DNA from: a bacterium
Lineage (GTDB): Bacteria > Hydrothermota > Tepidihabitantia > Tepidihabitantales > Tepidihabitantaceae
Direction of reading: 5' to 3'
DNA length: 38,956 nucleotides
Assembly: GCA_046485285.1 (NCBI GenBank)
Contig: JAWOHE010000100.1
Location: 1-38,956 of the forward strand
Part shown: positions 26,953 through 36,219 of the stretch, one piece after another
Numbering within the stretch: position 1 is the first letter of the stretch
How the letters are laid out: each line of letters opens with the position of its first letter
Notes under the pieces: model-generated
Databases searched by the model: none
What the model was told of the DNA's origin: nothing
The model's input: the letters and a program-made list of their open reading frames with translations, nothing else
Program-made: the position numbers and the translations under genes

Positions 26953-27087
26953 AGAACCTGCTGGACGATGGAAGATCGGACTGCCGCACTAACTTGCCTA
27001 TGCGTTACTACTTACACGCTGAACTCCCTGATGAATGGCTACATTGCCCTGCTCGGTTGTCAGTGGTGGGCTGAGGAGGAAAGGGCC

Positions 27088-27140
27088 AGTGAGGACTAAG
27101 TCCTCACTCAGCAGTCAGGTCGTGGGGTCTTGGTCCGCAG
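27088..27140. promoter_or_regulatory. Candidate enhancer (UAS) palindromes
   Basis: Perfect AGTGAGGACT-A-AGTCCTCACT (27088-27108) and a degenerate copy GTGGGG-N7-CCGCAG 33 bp away. Confidence 0.45.
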
Positions 27141-28473
27141 TCGGTTCACCCAGCTTCTTGCGTAGAGTCTTGCGGTCGATGCCGAGAATCGCGGCCGCGC
27201 GGCTCTTGTTGCCATCGACACTCGAGAGAACGTTGCGCACATACTCAGCCTCGACCTCGGCCAGTGTCCGGGTCACGTCCGGCGGCTGCGCAACTGCAAA
27301 ACGCATGTGACTGGGCAGGTCCGGGACGTCAATCAGGTCGCCCTCGTGCATGACTATCAGCCTTTGCACCAGGTTCTCGAGTTCGCGGACGTTGCCCGGC
27401 CAGGCATATCCGGCCAGCACGGCCAACGCGGCGTCAGTTAGCCTCGGCGCCGATCGCCCGTACTCACGGCTGAACCGCTCGATGAAGCTGCGAGCGAGCA
27501 GGAGGATGTCGTCGACGCGCTCGCGCAGCGGTGGGACCGCGATGGTAATGACGTTGAGCCGGAAGAACAGGTCCTCTCGGAATGCGCCCTTCCGGACCCG
27601 GGTCAGCAGGTCCTTGTTGGTGGCGGCGATGACCCGGACGTCCGCCTTGCGCGGCCGCGTGTCACCGACCATGCAGACTTCCCTGTCTTGGAGCACACGC
27701 AGCAACTTGACCTGCATGGCCAGGCTGGTCTCGCCGATCTCGTCGAGGAAGATCGTCCCGCCCTCGGCGGTCTGGAAGAAGCCCGCCCGCGACTCGCTGG
27801 CACCCGTGAAGGCACCCTTCACGTAGCCGAACAGCTCGCTCTCCAGCAGGCCTTCGGGAATACCGCCGCAGTTGACGGGCACTAGTGGTGCCGAGCTTCG
27901 GGAACTCGAGTAGTGAATGGCGCGGGCGACGAGTTCCTTGCCGGTACCGCTCTCGCCGGTGATGAGCACCGTCGCCGACGCCGTCGCTGCCTTCTCGATG
28001 GCTCGAAAGACCTGACGCATCGGCGGCGAGTCGCCAATCAGCCCGTGTGGCGCGAGCACGACGCCGATCGACGAAGGCCGGCCCGCGCGACGGAGTTGGA
28101 GCTTTGCCAGGCTGCGCCCGACCGCGGCACGCAATTCCTCGGCGGTAAACGGCTTGGAGAGGTACTCGCCGGCCCCGGTCTTCATCGCCTCGACCGCCCC
28201 GCTGACGGTGGCGTAGCCGGTTATCATCATCACCTCCGTCTCGCGCGCATTCTCGCGGACGTGCCGGACCAGATCGAGACCGCTGACGCGGGGCATCTTG
28301 AGATCGGTAATGACAAGGTCAACTGCATGCTCATCGAGCAGGGCGATGGCCTCGGGCACGCCGGTCGCGGTCAGGACACGGTAGCCGGTGGCTTCGAGGT
28401 TGCGACGCAGTACCTCGAGCGTGGACTCGGAGTCGTCGACCGCGAGGATCAGGGCAGGTGGGCTCTCAGGCAT
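27115..28473 (-). CDS. Sigma54-dependent response regulator (NtrC family)
   Basis: Receiver (VDD, TDLKMP), GESGTGKE, GAFTGA, FLDEIGE, WPGNVREL, and Fis HTH. Confidence 0.96.
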   Translation of the reverse strand: MPESPPALILAVDDSESTLEVLRRNLEATGYRVLTATGVPEAIALLDEHAVDLVITDLKMPRVSGLDLVRHVRENARETEVMMITGYATVSGAVEAMKTGAGEYLSKPFTAEELRAAVGRSLAKLQLRRAGRPSSIGVVLAPHGLIGDSPPMRQVFRAIEKAATASATVLITGESGTGKELVARAIHYSSSRSSAPLVPVNCGGIPEGLLESELFGYVKGAFTGASESRAGFFQTAEGGTIFLDEIGETSLAMQVKLLRVLQDREVCMVGDTRPRKADVRVIAATNKDLLTRVRKGAFREDLFFRLNVITIAVPPLRERVDDILLLARSFIERFSREYGRSAPRLTDAALAVLAGYAWPGNVRELENLVQRLIVMHEGDLIDVPDLPSHMRFAVAQPPDVTRTLAEVEAEYVRNVLSSVDGNKSRAAAILGIDRKTLRKKLGEPTADQDPTT

Positions 28474-30175
28474 CGGTCACCTCCTGCCGGCGCGGCAGGC
28501 GGACAGTGAATGTGCTGCCGACGCCGACCTTGCTGTCAACGTCAATCGAACCGCCGTGGGCGGAGACGATGCCGTGGACGACTGCGAGGCCGAGACCAGT
28601 ACCCTCATTGACGTCCTTGGTGGTGAAGAATGGCAGGAATGCCTGACGCATCACTTCCGGCGTCATCCCGACGCCCGTATCGGTAACCCGGAGCACCACC
28701 CAGTCGGTTTCGGCGCTGGTCTCGACGGTCAGACGGCCGCCTCGCGGCATTGCCTGCACGGCATTCACGGCCAGGTTGATGAGCACCTGCAGAATCTGAC
28801 TCGCGTCGGCCTCGACCTCCGGCAGGACCGGCGCGGGCATCCGGACGAGTTCGACGTCGTTCTTAACGCACCGCCCTTCCAGGAAGAACAGTCCGTCCCG
28901 AACCAGCGCGTTCAGGTCGACCGGGCCCGTGCGGGGCGGAGACTGACGGGCGAACAGCATCAGCTTGCGGATGACCTCCCGGGCATGGAGCGCAGCGTCA
29001 CTGATTCGACGGGTATCCACGCGCGCCTGCTCGCATAGGCCGGGGTCGCCGGCGAGCAACTCGGCGAAGCCAAGGATGTTCGTCAGCGGCTCGTTGAGTT
29101 CGTGGGCGATGCCGGCGGCCAGTTGCCCGATCGTCGCGAGCCGGTCGGCGTGACGGAGCTGCTCCTGGAGTCGATCCTTCTCCGCCTCGGCCTCGTGACG
29201 CTCGAGCAGCAACCCGAGCTCGCGGACGACGGCTGCCAGCAGGTTGGTCTCCTCGAGCAGGAACGGATCGAGCTCCAGGCTCGCGCCCGGCTCGGGGTAG
29301 CTGACGATGACCCGGCCCCGCTCGACGCCATCCAGCTTCACCGGCATCTCTAGCGTCGGGCCGCCTGCGCGCCAGCCCGGGGTGAGTACGTCGGTGCGGT
29401 CGAGAACGACACGGACCGCTGCCGTCTCGGGATACTGGAACGCCAGGCGGACCTGCTCCGCGATGCCGACCAGCAGATCGGGCGAGTCCGGGGACTGCTG
29501 CTCGACAAGCCGGGCGATGCTGTAAAGGCAGGTCAGCTCCTTGACGCGCTCGCGTAGTGCAGCCTGGGCCCGGCGGTCGGCAATGGCGAGGCCGAGTGTC
29601 TGGGCCATCCCCTCGTAGTGCTCGATCTCTTCCTCGCGGAAGAGCCCAGGTCGGGCGCTCTCGAGCAGCAACAACCCGGCGCTCGTCTCGTCGACGACAA
29701 AGGCAATCAGACAGAGCGAACGGGTATCGTCGGCAACGCCGAGCGTGACCTGCGCCGAGCCAGCTTCAAGGACGACCGGGACCCGGGCGTCCGAGGTCCA
29801 GAAGCTGCCGTTGGGCGTGAATCCGGGCAGGCCGGGCGGGGCCGTGTGTTCGACGACCATCTGGCAGATGCGCTCAAGGATCGGGTGACGCGGGAGCCGG
29901 CAGGCGGTGGCAGCGTTGGCCGGGCTCGGGTAGAGCTCGAGGTCCTCCCTGCCGTCCTGCCAGGCCTGCCAGCGGAAGCTCGTCTCCGGGCCCCACAGTC
30001 GAGTCTCAATGCCGTCACAGTCGGAAAGATCGAGGGCGAGCCGCGACATCTCACGCATGAACTCCAGTCGTGGGGTGCCGCGGTTGGCGAAGCGGAGAAT
30101 CCGGCGCGACAGCAGCCAGAAACGCTGGGCGATGTCGGTCGCCGACCGGCCGCCGGGGTCACGGAGCGAGGACAT
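28466..30175 (-). CDS. Soluble sensor histidine kinase with GAF-like input domains
   Basis: GIAHELNEP, NLAVNA, DTGVG, FFTTK, GTGLGL. No TM segments. Start M36 of the ORF is supported by the promoter. Confidence 0.92.
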   Translation of the reverse strand: MSSLRDPGGRSATDIAQRFWLLSRRILRFANRGTPRLEFMREMSRLALDLSDCDGIETRLWGPETSFRWQAWQDGREDLELYPSPANAATACRLPRHPILERICQMVVEHTAPPGLPGFTPNGSFWTSDARVPVVLEAGSAQVTLGVADDTRSLCLIAFVVDETSAGLLLLESARPGLFREEEIEHYEGMAQTLGLAIADRRAQAALRERVKELTCLYSIARLVEQQSPDSPDLLVGIAEQVRLAFQYPETAAVRVVLDRTDVLTPGWRAGGPTLEMPVKLDGVERGRVIVSYPEPGASLELDPFLLEETNLLAAVVRELGLLLERHEAEAEKDRLQEQLRHADRLATIGQLAAGIAHELNEPLTNILGFAELLAGDPGLCEQARVDTRRISDAALHAREVIRKLMLFARQSPPRTGPVDLNALVRDGLFFLEGRCVKNDVELVRMPAPVLPEVEADASQILQVLINLAVNAVQAMPRGGRLTVETSAETDWVVLRVTDTGVGMTPEVMRQAFLPFFTTKDVNEGTGLGLAVVHGIVSAHGGSIDVDSKVGVGSTFTVRLPRRQEVTDA

Positions 30176-30183
30176 GCGACCAT

Positions 30184-30211
30184 AGGCTAGCACGCCGACC
30201 GGGCTTGTCAA
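30184..30211 (-). promoter_or_regulatory. Sigma70-type promoter of the kinase (near-leaderless)
   Basis: TTGACA-N16-TAGCCT, ATG 8 nt downstream. Confidence 0.6.
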
Positions 30212-30328
30212 TGCCCATCGGCCGGCCCGCTCATCCTGCCACTGCGCATACTGATCCAGACGGAAGGCACCCTTCGCCAATCCCCGCGACGCCAGGGGGT
30301 CGCGGCCGAGGCGGCTGGCCCGCGCCGG

Positions 30329-30356
30329 TTGACCGAGTCGGGACCGGTCCTATACT
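30329..30356 (+). promoter_or_regulatory. Sigma70-type leaderless promoter of thiL
   Basis: TTGACC-N16-TATACT, in-frame GTG 5 nt downstream. Confidence 0.65.
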
Positions 30357-30361
30357 GGCCC

Positions 30362-31402
30362 GTGCCCGGCAATCGCCCCGCGCGCTTCCCCTACCCGGAC
30401 GAGGACAGCTTCATCGCCGCGCTCCGACGCGACCTGCCCGCGCGCGGACGGGTCCGGCTCGGCATCGGCGACGACGCCGCCGTGCTCGACGGCGGCCTGG
30501 TCGTCACTACCGACGGCTACCGCGAGGGCGTGCACTTCGACCTGCGCCGCTTCTCCTGGCAGGAAGTCGGCCGGCACTGCGCCTACGCCGCCCTGTCCGA
30601 CGTCGTCGCGATGGGCGCGCGGCCGGCCGCGCTGTTCGTGACCCTCGCCCTCCCGCCCGCAACCCGGCGCCGGAACCTAGCCGCGCTCTACCGGGGCCTG
30701 GACTCAGTCTGCGCCCGGCTCGGCTGCGAGATCGCCGGCGGCGATACGATCGCGGGGAGCGAGCTCCTGCTCGCCCTCACCGCTACCGGCCGGACCCGGC
30801 GGCCACTGTTGCGCAACGCCGCCCGGCCCGGCGATCTCCTGTACGTCACCGGGCAGGCGGGCGTGGCTGAGACCGGCCGGCTCATTCTCACCAGGGACCC
30901 GACGACCTCCCGCCGCAACCCGGCGGTAAGCCGCCACGTCCTGCCGATACCCCGGCTCGAAGCGATGCTCGTCCTGCGGCCGCGCATCCGCGCGCTGATT
31001 GACACATCGGACGGCATCGCCGCCGATGCCCGGCGTATCGCCCGGGCGAGCGGAGTCCGGGTCGTGGTCGAGCCGGATCGCCTGCCGGTGCTCCCCGAAA
31101 CCCGCGCATACTGCCGGGAGACCGGGCGGACCTTGACCGACTTCGTCCTCACCGCCGGCGAGGATCACGAACTGCTCTTCACCTCCGGGCTGCCCATCCC
31201 GCCAGAGGTTGACGGAGTCCCGGTCACCCGCATCGGCCGGACGGAGCGCGGCCGCGGGTTCTGGCTCGAACATGCCGGCCGGGCAAGGCGGGTCCACCTG
31301 CACGGCTACGATCACTTCCGGCCGCTGGACGCGCCTGTTGATAAGATGTGGACAGCCTGTGGGCGAAGCCTGCCTGAGCAGGGCTCTAGAGACGGGACCT
31401 GA
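30362..31402 (+). CDS. thiL: Thiamine-monophosphate kinase
   Basis: GIGDDAAV, SDVVAMGA, GGDT, IDTSDG, GEDHELLFT, GYDHF. Confidence 0.93.
   Translation: MPGNRPARFPYPDEDSFIAALRRDLPARGRVRLGIGDDAAVLDGGLVVTTDGYREGVHFDLRRFSWQEVGRHCAYAALSDVVAMGARPAALFVTLALPPATRRRNLAALYRGLDSVCARLGCEIAGGDTIAGSELLLALTATGRTRRPLLRNAARPGDLLYVTGQAGVAETGRLILTRDPTTSRRNPAVSRHVLPIPRLEAMLVLRPRIRALIDTSDGIAADARRIARASGVRVVVEPDRLPVLPETRAYCRETGRTLTDFVLTAGEDHELLFTSGLPIPPEVDGVPVTRIGRTERGRGFWLEHAGRARRVHLHGYDHFRPLDAPVDKMWTACGRSLPEQGSRDGT
31336..31366. promoter_or_regulatory. Three DnaA-box-like 9-mers at 11-bp period
   Basis: TGTTGATAA, TGTGGACAG, TGTGGGCGA versus consensus TGTGGATAA. Confidence 0.5.
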
Positions 31403-31504
31403 CGAACTCATTCGGTGTCTTGGAATTCCCGAGTCTGAGGCCATATTCACTAAAGGTATCCTTTGCGGCGACTTACGTAATAGCAGGGATGTATTAACTC
31501 AAGC

Positions 31505-31557
31505 TTGACAACCCAATCAGTTGTGGTTATAACAGTAGTTGACACTATATGAAGTGC
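31505..31557 (+). promoter_or_regulatory. nrdR-nrdD promoter with tandem NrdR boxes
   Basis: TTGACA-N17-TATAAC. Boxes acccaatcagttgtgg (31511) and acactatatgaagtgc (31542) start 31 bp apart. Confidence 0.7.
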
Positions 31558-32040
31558 CCCTACTGCGGAGTTGACGACGACCGGGTGCTTGACTCGCGTC
31601 CGGCGCAGAGCGGTGCCGCCGTGCGCCGCCGCCGCGAGTGCGTGCCCTGCGGCCGCCGATTCACCACCTACGAGTATGTCGAGAGGACCGGGCTGGCGGT
31701 CATCAAGCGCGACGGACGGCACGAGCCGTTCGATCGCCAGAAACTGCTCGCCGGTCTGCTGCTCGCCCTGCGCAAGCGGCCAGTGGGCCGCGAGCAGGTC
31801 GAACGGCTGGTTGACGAGGTCGAGACCGAGCTCGCCGAGGGCTGCCGGGTCGAGGTGTCGTCGCGCAAGCTGGGCGAGATCGTCCTTCGCCGCCTGCGCC
31901 GGCTCGATGCAGTCGCCTACGTCAGGTTCGCTTCCGTATACCGCCAATTCGAGAATGCCGACCAGTTTGTGGCCGAACTGACCAACCTCAAGAAAGGGGG
32001 AGCCAGTGCCGATTCCGGGGGACCGGGCCAGAACCGATGA
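31549..32040 (+). CDS. nrdR: Transcriptional repressor NrdR
   Basis: MKCPYC, RRRRECVPCGRRFTTYE, ATP cone, VAYVRFASVYRQF. Confidence 0.97.
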   Translation: MKCPYCGVDDDRVLDSRPAQSGAAVRRRRECVPCGRRFTTYEYVERTGLAVIKRDGRHEPFDRQKLLAGLLLALRKRPVGREQVERLVDEVETELAEGCRVEVSSRKLGEIVLRRLRRLDAVAYVRFASVYRQFENADQFVAELTNLKKGGASADSGGPGQNR

Positions 32041-34489
32041 ACTGACGGCCCACCAGCAGGAGAGCGTCGAGGGGCAGCCCGACGTCGCGCCGAGCCCCGC
32101 GCCGCCCGCGTTCACTCACATCAAGAAGCGCAACGGCAACGTCGTGCCGTTCGACCTGAACCGCATCATCGAGGCGATCTACCTCGCCGCCCGCTCGGTC
32201 GGGGTTGACAACCGCGGCCTTGCCACCCGCATGGCCAACCAGGTTACCCAGCAGCTCCGGGCTGACCGGGGCGACTGCACGCCCGCGGTCGAGGAAATCC
32301 AGGACGCGGTCGAGGCCGTCCTGATCGCCAACAACCAGGCCCGCATCGCCAAGTCCTACATCCTCTACCGCGAGCGGCGCAACCGGGCACGGATCAAGAA
32401 GCTCCTGACCAGCGAGGAGGAATCAACCCAGTACGCCGTCTTCGTCCGGACCACCGACGAGGAAGTCCTGAAGTGGGACCGCAACCGCATCAGCCACGCG
32501 CTGGTCCGCGAGACCCACCTGCCGCCCGAAGTCGCCGGCAAGATCGCGACCGAGGTCGAGGACGTCATCATCAATTCGAAGGTCAAGAACGTCACGACCA
32601 GTCTGGTCCGCGAGATCGTCAACGCCAAGCTCATCGAGCACGGCTACGAGGAGCAACGCAAGCGGCACACCCGGCTCGGCGTCCCGCTCTACGACGTCGA
32701 GCGCATCCTGCTCTACCCGAACAAGGAGAACGCGAACATCCCGCACAACCCCGAGGCGACGAACATGACCCTCGCCGAGTGGATCAACAAGCAGTTCGCG
32801 CTCGCCTCGGTCTTCGACCCGGACGTCGCCGACGCCCACACCTCGGGCGACATCCACCTCCACGACCTCGGCTTCATCAACCGGCCCTACTGCTCGGGCC
32901 AGTCGCTCGAATACGTCAAGAAGTTCGGGCTCAACCTGCCCAACGCGCTCTCGATCGCCAAGCCGGCCCGCCACCCCGAGACCCTGCTCGCCCAGATGGT
33001 CAAGTTCTCGGCCGCGCTCCAGGGCCACTTCGCCGGCGCCATCGGCTGGGACGCGGTCAACCTGTTCATCGCCCCGTTCACGGTCGGGATGAGCGACAAA
33101 GAGGTCCACCAGCTCGCCCAGATGCTGGTCTTCGAGTACTCCCAACAGAACGTCGCCCGCGGCGGCCAGGCGATCTTCTCCGACGTCAACCTCTACTGGG
33201 AGGTCCCGAAGCACTTCGAGGACGTCGACGCGATCGGCCCGGGCGGCACCTACACCGGCCGGAAGTACCGCGACTACCTGCCCGAGGCCCAGCGCTTCGT
33301 CTGGGCGATGTTCGACATCTACAAGGACGGCGACGGCTCGGGACGCCCGTTCTTCTTCCCCAAGCCGCTCGTCCACATGACCGAGCGGTTCTTCGACACG
33401 CCCGGCTGGCAGGACTTCCTGCTCCACATCTCCGACGTCGCGGCCGAGAAGGGCAACACCTACTTCGTCTTCGACCGCGGTGAGACCGCCAAGATCAGCG
33501 AGTGCTGCCGGCTCAGCTTCAAGCTCAACCGGACCGACCTCGACGACGCCCGGACGCCCTGGAAGATGCGCTACTCGGCGCTCCAGAACGTCACCATCAA
33601 CCTGCCCCGGGTTGCCTACAAGGCCAACCACAACGACGAACAGCTCTTCAAGCTCCTCCGCGAGGCGCTCGAGGTCGCGGTCCGCGCCCACCTCCAGAAG
33701 AAGACCTTCCTCGACAAGCTGCTCGAGCTCAAGCAGGAAGGCCCGCTCGCGCTCCTGACGATGGATCTCGACGGCGAGCAGTACCTCCGGATGCGCCGGG
33801 CGACCTTCCTCGTCGGCATCCTCGGCCTCAATGAGCTGGTCCAGTACCACACCGGCAGCCAGCTCCACGAGTCCGAGGCGGCGTTCAAGTTCGGGCTCAA
33901 GGTCGTCGCTTACCTCCACCTCGAGTGCCACCGGCTCTCCCGCGAGCACGAGCTCCACTTCGTCCTCGAGCAGACCCCGGCCGAGTCCACCGCCTACCGC
34001 TTCGCCCGGCTCGACCTCGCCGCCTTCCCTGACCACGCCCAGCAGGTCGTCAAGGGATCGATCGAGGACAAGTCGACCTACTACACCAACTCGACCTACC
34101 TCAACGTCAGCGAGGCGGTCGACCCGATTGACCGGGTCTACCGCGAAGGCAAGTTCCACGACATGATCGAGGCCGGCGCGCTGACCCACGTCTGGCTCGC
34201 CGACGCCCGCCCGCCGAAGGAATCGGTCGCCGCCTTCGTCCGGAAGACCTACGACACCACCCGCAACGCCCAGGTCGCCTTCTCCCCCGAGTTCACGACC
34301 TGCCGCTGCGGCCGGACGACCCGCGGCCTCGTCGACGTCTGCCCGTACTGCGGCTCGGCCGAGGTCGACTTCATCACCCGGGTGACCGGCTACTTCTCCC
34401 GGGTTTCGGGCTGGAACGCCGGCAAGCGCGCCGAGCTGCTCGACCGCTACAAGAACGGCATCGGCCGGTTCGGCAACCGCGGCGGTTGA
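32006..34489 (+). CDS. nrdD: Anaerobic (class III) ribonucleoside-triphosphate reductase with two ATP cones
   Basis: GDIHLHDL, PYC, ECCRL, EQTPAES, YYTNS, Zn ribbon, and glycyl-radical motif RVTGYF. Confidence 0.95.
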   Translation: MPIPGDRARTDELTAHQQESVEGQPDVAPSPAPPAFTHIKKRNGNVVPFDLNRIIEAIYLAARSVGVDNRGLATRMANQVTQQLRADRGDCTPAVEEIQDAVEAVLIANNQARIAKSYILYRERRNRARIKKLLTSEEESTQYAVFVRTTDEEVLKWDRNRISHALVRETHLPPEVAGKIATEVEDVIINSKVKNVTTSLVREIVNAKLIEHGYEEQRKRHTRLGVPLYDVERILLYPNKENANIPHNPEATNMTLAEWINKQFALASVFDPDVADAHTSGDIHLHDLGFINRPYCSGQSLEYVKKFGLNLPNALSIAKPARHPETLLAQMVKFSAALQGHFAGAIGWDAVNLFIAPFTVGMSDKEVHQLAQMLVFEYSQQNVARGGQAIFSDVNLYWEVPKHFEDVDAIGPGGTYTGRKYRDYLPEAQRFVWAMFDIYKDGDGSGRPFFFPKPLVHMTERFFDTPGWQDFLLHISDVAAEKGNTYFVFDRGETAKISECCRLSFKLNRTDLDDARTPWKMRYSALQNVTINLPRVAYKANHNDEQLFKLLREALEVAVRAHLQKKTFLDKLLELKQEGPLALLTMDLDGEQYLRMRRATFLVGILGLNELVQYHTGSQLHESEAAFKFGLKVVAYLHLECHRLSREHELHFVLEQTPAESTAYRFARLDLAAFPDHAQQVVKGSIEDKSTYYTNSTYLNVSEAVDPIDRVYREGKFHDMIEAGALTHVWLADARPPKESVAAFVRKTYDTTRNAQVAFSPEFTTCRCGRTTRGLVDVCPYCGSAEVDFITRVTGYFSRVSGWNAGKRAELLDRYKNGIGRFGNRGG

Positions 34490-34707
34490 AGATCAGGGTC
34501 ACGGTCCGGCCCGGCTGCCGGACCGAGGGAACCGAGGAGCGGCCCCCGGGGCCGCTCCTCGTCAAGGTCCGCGCCCCGGCGCGCGAGGGCCGGGCCAACG
34601 ACGCGGTCATCGCCGCGGTCGCCCGGCACTACGGCGTGCCGAAGAGCTCGGTCCGGGTCGTCCGCGGCCGCACCGGCCGCGACAAGGTCATCGAGCTGCC
34701 CGACTGA
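34486..34707 (+). CDS. DUF167/YggU family protein
   Basis: VKVRAPAREGRANDAVI..A..YGVPKS.V..VRG.TGRDKVI. Confidence 0.88.
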   Translation: MKIRVTVRPGCRTEGTEERPPGPLLVKVRAPAREGRANDAVIAAVARHYGVPKSSVRVVRGRTGRDKVIELPD

Positions 34708-34713
34708 AGCCGG

Positions 34714-36216
34714 CTACTCCGAGTACTCGACCAGCAGCCGGAAGTCGGTCGGCTGGATCTGGTAGTCGGTCTTGACGTCAATCGCCAGCCTGTAGCGCCG
34801 GGCGAACTCTGCCAGCCGGTCGTACCAGTCCGCGGTCAGGTAGTCGGTCACCCACGGCGCGGCGAGCACCCGGATCCGCCGGCCGGCGATTCTCGGCAGC
34901 CGCGCCAGTACCGCCCGCTCGATCTTCATCGCCACCTCGGCCCGGGAGCGGACCCGGCCCGAGCCCTTGCAGGTCGGACAGGTCTCGCACATCGCGTACA
35001 TCATTCCGGGCCGGGTCCGCTCGCGGGTCATCTCGAGCAGGCCGAACCGGCTCATCCGCGAGTAATCGGCCTTGGCCCGGTCGTTGGCGAGCTGGGTCCG
35101 GAGCTCCTGGACGACCTTCTCGGTGTTCTTCGGGTCGTCCATGTCGATGAAGTCAATTATCAGGAGGCCGGCCAGGTCGCGCAGGCGGATCTGGCGGGCG
35201 ATCTCGGCCGCCGCCTCGATGTTGGTCGAGAAGATCAGCCGCTCCGGGTCATCCTCCTTCGACGACCGGCCGGTGTTGACGTCGATCGCGACCATCGCCT
35301 CGGTTTGGTCGATGGTGATGAACCCGCCCGACTTCAGCCAGAGCCGCTTCTGGAAGACCCGGTCGAGCTCGGCCTCGATCCCGGCCTGCTCGAGCAGGGG
35401 CACCTCGCCCCGGTAGAGCTCGACCTTGCGCTTGAGCTTCGGCGCGACCTGGTCGAGGTAGGCGAGGATCTCCCCGTGTCGCTCCTCGCTGTCGACGACC
35501 ACCTTCTCGACCTCGCCGGTGAACAGGTCGCGGACCAGCTTGACGCCAATTGACGGCTCGTCGTAGACGACCGCCGGTGGCTTCGCCGGCTCGGCCCGGG
35601 CCCGGATCGTCTCCCAGGTCTGCTCGAGCTGGCGGTACTCCTCGGCGAGCTCCTCGGGCCGGGCCTTCTCGGCCACGGTCCGGATGATGAGCCCGGCGTG
35701 GCGGGACTTGAACCGGCGCGCGGCGGCGCGCAGGCGGGTCCGCTCGCGCCGGTCGGAAATCCGGCGCGACACGCCGATGCGCTCCGCGTTCGGGAAGTAG
35801 ACCAGGTAGCGCCCTGGTATCGAGACGTACGAGGTCAGCCGGGCGCCCTTCTCGGCGAACGGGTCCTTGACGACCTGGACAAGGATATCCTCACCCTCGT
35901 TCAGCGAGATCGTCCGCGGCCGGCCCTGACTGTCCTTGTCCCGGTTCTTCTCGGTGCCGTCATCCTCGTCGTCGAGCGTGTCGAACTCCGGGATCTCGTT
36001 GAGCGGCAGGAAGCCGTTCTTGCGCAGCCCGACGTTGACGAACGCGCCCCTGAGCCCGGGCACGACGTTCTCGACCCGGCCCTTGTAGACCCGGCCGACC
36101 AGGTTCCGGCTCTCCTCGCGTTCGACGTAGAACTCGACCAGCCGGTCATCCTCGATGATGCCGACCCTGGTCTCCCACTCGTTCGCGCTTATCACTATCC
36201 GTGTCTTGACACTCAT
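34714..36216 (-). CDS. Rne/Rng family ribonuclease
   Basis: S1 domain (YKGRVENVVPG..AFVNVG), KGARLT, IDVNTG, RQIRLRDLAGLLIIDFIDM, CPTCKGSG. Confidence 0.95.
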   Translation of the reverse strand: MSVKTRIVISANEWETRVGIIEDDRLVEFYVEREESRNLVGRVYKGRVENVVPGLRGAFVNVGLRKNGFLPLNEIPEFDTLDDEDDGTEKNRDKDSQGRPRTISLNEGEDILVQVVKDPFAEKGARLTSYVSIPGRYLVYFPNAERIGVSRRISDRRERTRLRAAARRFKSRHAGLIIRTVAEKARPEELAEEYRQLEQTWETIRARAEPAKPPAVVYDEPSIGVKLVRDLFTGEVEKVVVDSEERHGEILAYLDQVAPKLKRKVELYRGEVPLLEQAGIEAELDRVFQKRLWLKSGGFITIDQTEAMVAIDVNTGRSSKEDDPERLIFSTNIEAAAEIARQIRLRDLAGLLIIDFIDMDDPKNTEKVVQELRTQLANDRAKADYSRMSRFGLLEMTRERTRPGMMYAMCETCPTCKGSGRVRSRAEVAMKIERAVLARLPRIAGRRIRVLAAPWVTDYLTADWYDRLAEFARRYRLAIDVKTDYQIQPTDFRLLVEYSE

Positions 36217-36219
36217 CAA

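Noticed and set aside
26837-26989. N-terminal extension of the 159-aa ORF
   Set aside because: It overlaps the sigma54 promoter; the SD supports ATG 26836.
32423-34189. 588-aa - strand ORF
   Set aside because: Antisense shadow of nrdD.
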